Below are positions 27,601 to 39,559 of a DNA stretch of 49,811 nucleotides, piece by piece. This DNA comes from Octopus sinensis (taxonomy: Eukaryota). Position 1 is the first letter of the stretch; every line of letters starts with the position of its first letter. Where the stretch lies: positions 1 through 49,811 of the forward strand of contig NW_021834478.1 in assembly GCF_006345805.1 (NCBI RefSeq). The letters run 5' to 3'. The notes beneath the pieces are model-generated. The model saw only the letters and a program-made list of their open reading frames with translations, did no database searches and was not told the DNA's origin. Both the position numbers and the translations under genes were made by a program.

Positions 27601-28189
27601 ATATCTAATTAGAAAGATTCCTCTATTTTATAAAACATATGCTTTGCTGAATCTGTAACTCTTTATCTGGCTATCTAAATCCCGTAAAAGCAACAATTTT
27701 GCTCTATTCTTTATCTATACGGCTATCTGAAAGAAACAAGAAATCTTAGAAATTTAAAGAATTTCAAGTTTTATAGAGCTGAGATCTTGAGGAAAATCCA
27801 GTTTACAGATATGTTATGACAATAAAGTTTTGAAATAATGGCCAGGAAATGTTTCAAGTAACGCGGACCTTCTTCCCAACGCTGCGTCAATACTCATCGA
27901 CAAATAAAGACATACATACATAGATCAATGAGCGTGTGAGTGTGCGTTTGTGTGTGTATGTGTGTGTGTGCGTGTATTGCAGTGGGAGGCAAAAAGAAGA
28001 GCAGTGCCCCGGCATGGCCTCAACTCTCTGGCTGACACCAATAAAAAATAGAAAACAGAGATACATACACACACACACGCTTATTGTCTTATTGACATAA
28101 TAATTTTCATCGTCAACAGCATAATCCTTTTAATTTATATATAAATTATTATTATATAATACTGATTTCACATTTCCGCACAAGGCCAG

Positions 28190-28233
<44 letters not shown>

Positions 28234-28263
28234 TTATATATATATATATATATTATGTATATT

Positions 28264-28294
<31 letters not shown>

Positions 28295-28376
28295 TTTATA
28301 TATTTATATATTTATATATTTATATATTTATCTATATATAATTTATTATATATGTATATATATATTATATAGATAT

Positions 28377-28426
<50 letters not shown>

Positions 28427-29185
28427 ATACATACTTTGATACTTGATAGGTTTTCGGCCATTATTGGCCAGGACATGTCAACTTAATAGCACCATGTATA
28501 ATATATACCATATATATGTATATGTATGCATATATCATTTTATTTCTCTTTATCATTTTATCTAGTTTCAGCTCACGAGCTAAGGCCATGCTGGGGCACC
28601 GCCATTTATATATATTATATATATATATATATATAATATATAATATAGTATATATATATATTATAACATATCTATACGTATATAGTATATATTATACATG
28701 TATATACATATCTATCATACTCTTGAATATTATATATATGTAAATATGCACTTGTGTTAGTGTGCGGACGCACGTACATATCACATTTAGATACATTAGA
28801 CAGACAGACAAACAGACAGAGACACAGACTGATAGACAGACAGACAGATAGATAGATAGATGTATACATACATGCATACATATATACATAGATATATAGA
28901 GAGATGAAGAAAGAGAGATGGGATCGTGTCTCTGTTTCGTTCTATTTGTATATAAAATGATAATTCTTAATTCGTACAGCCGACTTAATAACTATATCGC
29001 CTTATCGATAATATTTCATGTAACGGATTTGTTTCACCAACATAAGCCTGGATCTCCCCCATTGTTTCCCACTACGTTTGTACGTGCGTGCTTATATCTT
29101 TTCTTATGTTATATATGTTGGTATCAATTTATATAAGCATATATTTAAGTGTAGGATATTTTCCTTTTGAACGGCAGTTTTCAAG

Positions 29186-29462
29186 ACAATTTCTGGGTAA
29201 CTAAACACTTTTAAACTTTGTATACTGGTAGAAAGGCGTTTATAAAACATCATTTTATACGGCACATATTCATACAGCATGGAATGTTTTCACCCCAAAT
29301 GGAGGTCAGCGATTGGTTAAAATTGCCGAAATGCTCTATTTTAAAGTAGAAATATGTTACAAACAATAGAATTTTCTCAATAAAGCCAAGAAAAAATTAT
29401 GTTTTATAAAAACATTCTACCAGTATACGAAGTTTAAAAGTGTTTAGTTAACTGGAAATTGT
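29186..29462. mobile_element. MITE-like element with about 48-65 bp imperfect terminal inverted repeats
   Basis: acaatttctgggtaactaaacacttttaaactttgtatactggtagaa versus ttctaccagtatacgaagtttaaaagtgtttagttaactggaaattgt. Confidence 0.65.
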
Positions 29463-29934
29463 GTTGACATATGCCGTTCAAAAGGAAAATATCCTACGTG
29501 TATATATATGGGGTGGATTGTGTGCGCGTATGTCAATTTAAGTACGAATGTATGTATAAATGTATAAATGTAGGTAGGTACTTATACATGTGTGCGTGCA
29601 CACATACACAAATACACACACACACACACGCACATACATTTCCTACCCCTTTGCATCATTACCATGTATATATGTGAGTGTGTGTGTGTATCAATATTTA
29701 TGTATATATGTACCATATTTGTAATAAATGTGTATTAACTCACTCGTATAGATAATATATATATATATATAGATAGATATAGATAGATAGATAGATAATA
29801 GATAGAATAGATATATATATAGATAGATAGTCACAGACAGACAGAGAAAGAGAGAGAGAGAGATTTCTTTTCAATTTGATGTGATAAATCCATTGAAATT
29901 TCATTACAAAGCATTTTTCTTTATATATATATAT

Positions 29935-30033
<99 letters not shown>

Positions 30034-30606
30034 TAGATATTAATTCAATGCCATATAGAATACGCGAATACGTTAACAATTCTACACCATTCAAATGCAA
30101 TATTCCAACAGAGCCTCCAACGTAAAATATAGTTTCGAAAAGGACTTCTTGGACAGCAAACAAACGCACTGCCGAAACAAACTTTTTATTATCAACCAAA
30201 CTCCATCTTTAAAATCGTATCTCAGCGTTAGATGCGAGGAAATCCATATTTTCTTCCTGCCCAGTAAACATATATAAACTATAACACCATATTTTCGGCA
30301 GTGAACCAACAGCTAACACAAATCTTTCCTTCTAACGGCGAGTAGCAAGTTACAAGCAACAATCTCTGACAGAGAAAGTAATAAAATTTATATCAGAACT
30401 AAAGATTCCAGGCGGCTGTTATATACACACGTAGTTATGTATTACCATAAATTGATCCGTTCCTTTATTCGTTGCATTTATTAGCTTACTTGTTATTTTT
30501 ATATGTCTATCTGTATACTTGCAGTTTTACAAACATTCCACGTAAATATATCAATCTCCTATCCACGATGCAAATAAGTTGAAATACAATTCCTGATATG
30601 TATACA

Positions 30607-30669
<63 letters not shown>

Positions 30670-30973
30670 TATTTATAATATATATAAGGATGAAAAGGGA
30701 CACACGAGTTGATATATATGAATTGAACAGCAGGATCTGCCATCAACCACTGACCAACGACAATTAAGGCAATCCAAAATTCTTCCCCCCCTTCTCCCCC
30801 TCCTCCTCCTCCTTCTTCTTCCCTAACAAGAATTCACATGGACCTTGAACCCACAAGAGTAAACAAGAGAGACAGAGAAAGGCAGAAACAAGGAAAATGC
30901 CACTTATATTTGAACACTATACAAATATTCCTTTAAAAAACTTTTCTTTTAATTTTTCTATATTTAATTGTTA

Positions 30974-31010
30974 CAGTTGAAAAGGTCTCAAATGACCGAA
31001 ACCGGTACTG
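30974..31010 (+). ncRNA. Type-I minimal hammerhead ribozyme motif with U3-A8 core
   Basis: CAG-UUGAAAA-GGUC-UCAAAU-GACC-GAAA-C-CG-G-UA-CUG: perfect stems I and II, palindromic ACCGGU, GUA triplet. Confidence 0.72.
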
Positions 31011-31056
31011 AAATGTTCTTTATAAAATTATTTTAGCATTTTCTATCTTGAGTTGT

Positions 31057-31089
<33 letters not shown>

Positions 31090-31360
31090 CTTTTATTCTC
31101 TTCTTGTTTCAGATTTTTTGACCGAAGCTATGTTAGACCAACGCTTTGAAGTGTTGTGGTCGAATATAATCGATCTATTACGTATTAGGGCCAGTACTTA
31201 TTCTATCGGCGTATTTTTCCCGAATCGCTAAGTTACGGGGACGTAAACACACCAACATCGGTCGTCAAATGCGAATGGAGAGGGCTGGGGACAAATACAG
31301 ACACAAAACACACATATACACAGACACACACACACACACATATAAACGGAACTTTCCACA
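31090..31360 (-). mobile_element. Old SINE family A 3' part
   Basis: ccgaatcgctaagttacggggacgtaaacacaccaacatcggtcgtcaa matches the reverse complement of the family A body. Confidence 0.8.
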
Positions 31361-31384
31361 GCTCGTCTCATAAATAAATCTAGT

Positions 31385-31510
31385 CATGAGTCAAGCGCAG
31401 ACCAAGAAATGGCGCTTGGCACCTGGAGTGTCGACAAGCTCTCTTGGCCTTCTGCCAGTCGTGTAAGGCCATGGTGGAAGTTCCACCATGGAGTCCTATA
31501 GAGGAATCTA
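31385..31510 (+). pseudogene. Short fragment of a second Tx1-like ORF2
   Basis: Translates KRRPRNGAWHLECRQALLAF, matching KKRPRKGEWHRECRVALKQL of the element at about 8160. Confidence 0.65.
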
Positions 31511-32191
31511 CCTGGTTTTTTATCTTTTACAGCTAGTAATACACATTCTGTCTTACTTTTCTGCTTCTCTTTCTGCAACCATAACCATGTCTCAATACTG
31601 CTATCTGTTGCAACAATTTTTGGGACTCTACCATGCAACACCTTTTCCTACCAGTCAGATCATTTATGTTCTTTTTTCTAGTTTTACCTTCGTTTAATGT
31701 GAGTGTAATAGCTTTTAATAAACTTTTTTTACTATTACCTACATAAGAGTCTATATCTACTCTACCTAACACCACGGAGTCTTCTACTGATATTAACCCT
31801 CTTCCAAATTCCTTTCTAGGTAAGTATAATTTTGCAACCCCTGCCCTCGGGTGGAGTCCTCCATTCATATTAAATTCCTTCCTAGTTCTTCTATCTAGCT
31901 TTGCTAATTCAGTTTTTGTCCACTCTACAAAAGCTGCTGAGTATCTAAGTAATGATACTGCCCAAGAATTTACAGCCTGCACTAGATTCGAACAATTTAG
32001 CTTTGACATAATTAACTTCCTCACCCTTCTGGTGTATTCTTTCTCAATTTTTGCTTTCATTTCTATAGTAAGTACTCTATCAGATTCTAATATTATTCCT
32101 AGATGCATATAAGGCTCTCCTCCTGGCCATCTGGTAATGGGATGCCTTCGCTGTTGACTACCTGTCCCCTCCTCATGACTAATATTGCACA
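31510..32191 (-). mobile_element. R4/Dong-clade (RLE-type) LINE internal fragment, late RT region
   Basis: CAILVMRRGQVVNSEGIPLPDG, KIEKEYTRRVRKLIMSKLN, AVNSWAVSLLRYSA, KLDRRTRK, GLHPRAGVAKLYLPRKEFGRGLISVED, LHGR...ETWLWLQK...TECVLLA; 5' end abuts a TAA/ATT tract. Confidence 0.88.
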
Positions 32192-32384
32192 TAATAATAA
32201 TATTGCACATAATAATAATAACAATAATAATAGTAATAATAAAAATAATAATAATAATAATGACAATAATAATAATGATAATAATAATAATAAAAATAAT
32301 AATAATAATAATGACAATAATAATAATGATATGGCTTCTGATCTTAATTGATTGGAAGTGTTATCATGTACATTGTTTTGTCTT

Positions 32385-32853
32385 GGTATAAAAGATGGGC
32401 TACAGCAAATATTCTGCTCAATACCACAGATTTGCTTGTCAGTTGTTTGACCGTAACCAGTTGAGCATGTCCCTTAGTGGCTGACGATATGTGCATCTCT
32501 GATCACGAGCAGAAGTAGTGGGGGAGCATCATAGCCATGTGTTGAGAGGGATTCTTTGGGGTTTGAATAATTCACCTCTGGAAACATGGGTGGTTCTTTC
32601 AACATCCTTAAGCAACCCTTATTCAGGGACCTTTTGAGCGGGATGGGCTACTCAACCTGAAGAAAATTCTAACTGGGCCCCACCTGCAAGGTCATATGCT
32701 GTTTATCTTGATATGAGATCACCATGTCGCGCACATATGGTTGTGATGCATGTGCCTGGTGTACCTTTATCAGACGGGTAGTCATGATGGGTATATTGGC
32801 TTCGTATATTTTACCCCAGTGTCACTTTGATGGCATGAACTGCTCTCTCACTC
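32385..32853 (+). mobile_element. Probable 3' end/UTR of a non-LTR retroelement with (AAT)n tail
   Basis: GC-richer block ending ccccagtgtcactttgatggcatgaactgctctctcactc, then a long (AAT)n; recalled as an abundant octopus repeat, clade uncertain. Confidence 0.5.
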
Positions 32854-32888
<35 letters not shown>

Positions 32889-32935
32889 TAATATAATAAT
32901 AAAAATAATATAATAATAATGACAATATAATAATG

Positions 32936-32966
<31 letters not shown>

Positions 32967-33094
32967 GAAGGATAATAATAATAATAAAAATAATAATAAT
33001 AATAATGACAATAATAATAATGATAATAATAATAATAATAATAATATAATAATAATAATGATAATAAAAATAATAATAATAATATATAATAATA

Positions 33095-33127
<33 letters not shown>

Positions 33128-33134
33128 TAATAAA

Positions 33135-33199
<65 letters not shown>

Positions 33200-33270
33200 T
33201 AATAATGATAATAATGACAATACCTATGCCCAATTCCAGGCCTGCATCTTTGATGAAGTGTCATTATTAT

Positions 33271-33484
33271 GGCGGCGAGCTGGCAGAATCATTTGCACGC
33301 TGGACGTAATGCTTAGCGGTATTCCACCCGTCGTTACTTTCTGAGTTCAAATTCCACCAAGGACAGCTTTGCTTTTCATCCTTTCGTGGTCGATAAATTA
33401 AATACCAGCGAAATACTGGGGTCGATGTAAACGACTAGCCACGTTCCACCAAATTTCTGGCCTTGTGCCTACAGTAGAAAAGAA
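33271..33484 (+). mobile_element. SINE family B variant
   Basis: ggcggcgagctggcagaatc...ctgagttcaaattcc...gtcgataaattaaataccag...ggccttgtgcctacagtagaaaagaat. Confidence 0.88.
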
Positions 33485-33502
33485 TATTATTATTATTATT
33501 AA

Positions 33503-33559
<57 letters not shown>

Positions 33560-33561
<2 letters not shown>

Positions 33562-33688
33562 GTTTGACTTTTGCTTTACATTTGTACAAGTTGGTTCCAC
33601 GTCTCACCCAGAGACTTCGATAGATAACAAGTTGGAAGTTCGTGTTGGTGTTATGCCTACGGTGCCATATATTTGATTTTGTATTTAA

Positions 33689-33690
<2 letters not shown>
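33560..33690 (-). mobile_element. Short 3' end of a probable R4/Dong-like LINE embedded in (TAA)n
   Basis: Minus strand ...gtctctgggtgagacgtggaaccaacttgtacaaatgtaaagcaaaagtcaaacata followed by (TAA)n, with (TAA)n upstream as well; family assignment from recall. Confidence 0.6.
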
Positions 33691-33747
<57 letters not shown>

Positions 33748-33748
33748 T

Positions 33749-33782
<34 letters not shown>

Positions 33783-34547
33783 CAGTGTCTTTTTTGTTCG
33801 ATGCACCATCATGACCCCATCACCATGACCTCTACCACCATGGCTTACACCATCACCACGACCATCACCAATTTTTATCGAAATGTTGAGTAACAATAAA
33901 GAAATTAAAACAACAAAGCAACAACGACAATAACATCATCTAGAATAGTCTATACTAATATGTCTGTTGGTCTTGTGTCATGTTTATTTGTTTTCGTTAC
34001 GTTTCTGACGTTGTTTTTTATTGACTTCAAAATTATTCATTTCATTTATTCCTTTTCTTTCTTTCGTTTTCTTTTTTTCGTATTCAATATTCTTCGCCAT
34101 TTTTCATTTCCTTTATCGAAGGCGCAATTTCTTAAATCCCTCGATAGTCTTAAATAATTTTTTTTTTGTCTTTCTTTTATTTGACCCTGAAGTAATTTGG
34201 TTACTTTCTCACTAACTGTAGGTTTGGAAGAAGAAAAAGAAAACACCTTTGTGAAAATCAATAATAAAACAGTGTGATACCAAAAGTTGCTTGAAAAACC
34301 GTTCCAGCATACGGTGCTAAATAATTTGAAATTTGTTAAGCGATAGTAGTAAGACATGACTGTGTGGTTACGAAATTCATCTTGAGGCAACGTATTTTTG
34401 GGGATCAGTTCCACCGCACGGTATCTTCGGCAAGTGTTTTCTACTTTAGCCCCTCTGGCTGATTTCCGAAAGCCGTGTGAGTAAATTTAGTAAACGGAAA
34501 CTATGAGAAAACCCGTCCTCTATATAATATATATATTTTATATATAC

Positions 34548-34579
<32 letters not shown>

Positions 34580-34602
34580 ATAAAAGTACGTATGTATATA
34601 TA

Positions 34603-34694
<92 letters not shown>

Positions 34695-34723
34695 CATACA
34701 TACATACATACATACATACATAC

Positions 34724-34798
<75 letters not shown>

Positions 34799-34868
34799 GT
34801 ATTCATATGTTTCGTTTTGGGATTTGGTTTGCAAGATTCTTTATATGTGTTCGTGTATTGAAGCATAT

Positions 34869-35078
34869 TCTGTTGTGTCTGGGGAGAGTCATTTTCTTTT
34901 TGTGCCTTATAATGTAACACACCAACCGGTAAAATTTCCACTTATTTCTTATTTTTTATTTGTTATTTTTCTGGGTTTTTTAAAAAATTTTATAATAAGA
35001 AATAAATGGAAATTTTACCGGTAAGTGTGTTAAATTATAAGGCACAAAAAGAAAATGACTCTCCCCAGACACAACAGA
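34869..35078. repeat. Inverted repeat, 85-bp arms, 40-nt spacer
   Basis: tctgttgtgtctggggagagtcattttctttttgtgccttataat... mirrored by ...attataaggcacaaaaagaaaatgactctccccagacacaacaga. Confidence 0.92.
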
Positions 35079-35186
35079 TTATATACACATGTATACATAT
35101 ATACATAAAGATACATAGATAGACAGATAGAAAGCTATGGATATATAAGTATATGTATGTAAGCATGCATGCATGGATGTGTGTCT

Positions 35187-35211
<25 letters not shown>

Positions 35212-35219
<8 letters not shown>

Positions 35220-35416
35220 ATGAGGGTCTCTAAAAGACACCAACACGCCGAAATAGCAGTCGAAACACTGACTATAGTACCACGTTAAATGTTCATATCG
35301 CACCATGAGGTGCGATACCTCATGGTGCGATATGAACATTTAACGTGGTACTATAGCCAGTGTTTCGACTGCTATTTCGGCATGTTGGTGTCTTTTAGAC
35401 ACCCTCATTTTTAATT
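35212..35416. repeat. Near-perfect palindrome, 100-bp arms, 5-nt loop, 3 mismatches
   Basis: Left arm 35212-35311, loop gcgat, right arm 35317-35416. Confidence 0.95.
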
Positions 35417-35598
35417 GTTAAAAAATTTTTTTACCTTTGTAAGGTATTTCTTTCATGCTGGCCACTTGATAATTTCGACACTTAAATATCGATATTATCC
35501 TCATATATAAATTTATATATATATATATATAATATATATATATATATAATAAAGCACGATTTATTCGTGATCAGAGGCGTTCGTAAACCGAGGTACTA

Positions 35599-35633
<35 letters not shown>

Positions 35634-36118
35634 TATATATATATATACAGACACACATGCATGTGTGTGTTTGCGCACCTCTCACCGCTTGACAAAATAG
35701 TATTGCTATATTTACGTTCAGCAAAGTGTCGATAGAATAACTGCCAGACTTTAAAATATACCCTGGGATCGATTTGTTAGACTTAACCCTTAAGGGCGGT
35801 GCCCCGGCATGGCCGCAGTCCAACGATTATAGCAAGTAAAAGTTTTACAAATATTGTTTTCTATATGAATTTATCTAATTACATTATATTATTTGAGAGT
35901 GGTACTTGTCTAACAAGTGCCTTGATTCGAGACCATGTAGGAACAGAAGCAATTACACATTAGAAGTGTCTCTGTTAGCCATTCGATAAGTCACGCAATT
36001 GTTAAATGCACTTTAATTTTATTAAATGAGGTATCGATACAGTCGGATTAACGTCTCATTATTTGTTATATCTGATACTCAATCTAGGCTGACCTGTGGC
36101 TAAATAGCAGCAACAATT

Positions 36119-36290
36119 GGGGAGGCGCAATGGACCAGTGGTTAGGGCAGCGGACCGGGCATTGTGAGTGTTTATTGAGCAAGAACCCTAACCCTAACCC
36201 TAAGCTCCACGAGTCTCCGGCGCAGGGTGGTACATCCCGCTGTACTCTTTCTCCACAACTTTCTCTCACTCTTTCTTCCTACTTCTGCCA
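36119..36290 (+). mobile_element. SINE family C 5' part with an internal deletion and a (CCCTAA)3 insert
   Basis: gaggcgcaatggaccagtggttagggcagcggac|cgggc...tttattgagc...ctgtactctttctccacaactttctctcactctttcttcct. Confidence 0.85.
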
Positions 36291-36309
36291 CAAAGCAGAG
36301 GAGCCATTT

Positions 36310-36590
36310 TGTAACCCACTGTAGTGTGGCGAAATTTCAGACCTTAGTCTAGATTGCGAATCCTCTGTACCCCAGGATGTTTCAGCTCTCCACCCGTTAA
36401 AAAGCCACCATTTACGGAATGAGGATAACAATGTGGCTTACTACTCGGCGACGCCTGCCCTGTGTAGACATATTGAGCACCATTGAGCCTCATACACCAG
36501 TTCAGCCCCAGGAGAGTGGAATCAGGATTGAACACGTCACATACAGGCTCCGTAGTCATCTCGTCAGACTAATAACAGAAGATGAAAGCA
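36310..36590 (-). mobile_element. Possible old unclassified SINE-like repeat
   Basis: GC-richer block; the minus-strand start has A/B-box-like tagtctgacgag...gtgttcaatcc. No second copy in the window. Confidence 0.3.
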
Positions 36591-36649
36591 AATGTTTATT
36601 TACTGTTCCAAACACACCAAATATCGATTGATTCACAATCATATTTGCA

Positions 36650-36651
36650 TA

Positions 36652-36731
<80 letters not shown>

Positions 36732-37024
36732 TTGTATATATGTATAAATGCATATATATGCACATAAATATATACGTACATATATGCATGGATATATATA
36801 TATATATATGTATGCATGTATATATATACATATATATGTGTGTATATATACATATATACATACATATACATATGTATATGTATATATATGTGCATATGTA
36901 TATGTCTATATATGTATATATCTATATAAATGTGCATATATATACATATCTATATATAAACAAACATACACACAGATATATATACATACGCACACACACA
37001 TATATATATATATATGCATATATA

Positions 37025-37062
<38 letters not shown>

Positions 37063-37528
37063 TAATATATATACATATACTCACACATATATATATATGT
37101 ATACATATACATATAAATATACATATATACATATATTCATACATATATACATATATATAATTTCATGCTCTTTATCCTTATATTTCATTTATTTATTTAT
37201 TTATGTTGTCGTGAGCGTTTCTGACTTTTATTTTTTTTATTTTCCATCTTATTTTATTATTTATTTATAGTAAAAGGTCGAAGGTTATTTCATTCCACTA
37301 GTTCACCTCAAAGAGATCAAAATAAAATAAAATGAAATAAAATAGAATGAATAAATAAATGAATAAATAAAGAAAGAATGAAATGAAGGAGAATGAAATA
37401 AAAGAGACGGAGAAAAATTTTATCAGACGACCAAATCCGAAACATAACGAACACAGGCGCCGGTAACGTCACCGCCGTCTTCAACCTCTTCCTCACCCCT
37501 TCTTCGTAGTCGCCGTGGTCGTCATCAC

Positions 37529-37579
<51 letters not shown>

Positions 37580-37709
37580 CATCATCATCATCATCATCTT
37601 CATCATCATCACCATCATCATTATCACCGTCGTCGTCATCATCATCATCATCATCGTCATCATCAGCATCATCATCATCATCTTCATCATCATCTTCATC
37701 ACCATCATC

Positions 37710-37742
<33 letters not shown>

Positions 37743-37806
37743 TTCATCACCATCATCTTCATCATCATCATCATCCTCATCACCATCATCATCGCCGTCA
37801 CCATTG

Positions 37807-37848
<42 letters not shown>

Positions 37849-38187
37849 CCACCATCGTCATCGTAATCATCATCATCATCGTCATCGTCATCATCATCGA
37901 CATCATCATCATTGTCATCAACATACCGTCGTCATCGTCATCATCATCATCGTCATCGTCGTCATCATCAACACAACCACGACAACGACCACCACCACCA
38001 ACAAACAACAACAACTGCAAAATGACGTCATGAACGTAAGATCAACAATAATACGAGCAACCATATAACGAAACAACTATCTGTAAAACTAACAACACTG
38101 GAAGTAATAATAATAATAATAATAACAATAATAATAATAATAATAACAATAATAATGACAATAATAATAATGATAATAATAATAATG

Positions 38188-38218
<31 letters not shown>

Positions 38219-38222
38219 TAAT

Positions 38223-38290
<68 letters not shown>

Positions 38291-38561
38291 TGATGATGAT
38301 AATAATAATAATAATAATGACAATAATAATAATAATAATGATAATAATAATATTAATAATGATAATAATAATAATGATAATCATAATCATAATGATGATG
38401 ATGATAATAATAATAACAATACTAATTATAATGATGATGGTGATGATGATGATGATATTAATCACCATAATATTAATTATTATCATTATTATTATTACTT
38501 TTATTATAATTGTTGTTGTTTGTCATAAAACTAGCAATAATAGTAGCTAAACAATACTGTG

Positions 38562-38612
<51 letters not shown>

Positions 38613-39530
38613 TACATAAAATAATACATAAAGCAACAATAACAACGATGGTTTCAAGTATATCAACAACAACAACAACAACAACAGCAACAACGAGAAG
38701 AGCGATAATATTGTAAAACCAAATATGAAGACAAACTACACAGAATATTTATATTTAAAATAAAATATAAATAAAATAAAATAAAAATGTAAACTAAGGT
38801 ACCGAGAGAGGATGGGAGAGATGGAGAGAGAGAGAGTGGGGTATGAGAGAGATAGAGGAAAGAGAGGGAGAGTGAGAAGCGAGGAGAGAGAGAAAACTCT
38901 TGCAACTACTAAGAACCAATCAAGCAGCAATTTTATTGCTTATGTTAGGAGAGCAAGTTTACTTCAAATAAAACGACGAGTGTAGCAATCATCCTCATCG
39001 TCGTCGTCATCATCATCATCATCATCATTAAAATCGTCGTCGTTGTCATTATCATCATCGTCGTAGTCGTTGTTGTCGTCATCGTCGTCATCAACGTCAA
39101 CATCAATGACATTCTCATCATCATCTTCATCATTATCATCATCATCATTATCATCATCATCATTATCATCATCATCCTCATCATCATTATCATCATCATC
39201 ATCTTTACCATCATCATCGTCGTCATCATCATCATCATCATCGTCGTCATCATCATCATCATCATAATCATCATCATCATTGATCACCATCATCATCATC
39301 ATCATCTTTACCATCATCATTGTCACTGTCGTCATCATCATCATCATCATCATCATCATTATCATCATCATCGTCACCTTCTTCGTCGTCATCTTTGCTG
39401 CCATCGTTTTATTAGCACTGCATCTCCTTTTCTTTATCATCATTATCCTCATCCCCATCGTTATCTTCCTCCTCCTCCTCTCCTCCTCCTCCTCCTCCTC
39501 ATCATCATCATCATCGTTATCATTGCCGTA
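36650..39530. repeat. Microsatellite mega-block: (TA)n, (CAT)n 37520-37960 and 38990-39520, (AAT)n 38105-38510
   Basis: Seen directly; explains the poly-I, poly-M, poly-D and poly-S ORFs. Confidence 0.93.
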
Positions 39531-39559
39531 TATATATATAGGTGGAATTTACAAGAAAA

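Larger units (their letters stand above)
34352..35842 (+). mobile_element. Old SINE family A split by about 1.1 kb of inserts in its internal TA tract
   Basis: 5' half 34352-34518 (cggcaagtgttttctact...gtaaacggaaact) and 3' half 35660-35842 (cgcttgacaa...gccccggcatggccgcagtc...aagtaaaag). Confidence 0.75.

Noticed and set aside
29957-30400. Unique stretch with a strong minus-strand acceptor near 30370
   Set aside because: All three frames close within about 90 nt and no donor was found; at most UTR or intron.
32450-32520. CTGACGA as a hammerhead core in the retroelement 3' region
   Set aside because: No stem II followed by GAAA.
36400-36520. HDV-like ribozyme in the unclassified repeat
   Set aside because: Could not assemble P1/P3/P1.1 in the required order.
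38022-38031. Perfect CRE palindrome ATGACGTCAT
   Set aside because: Isolated site between microsatellites with no supporting motifs; plausible by chance.
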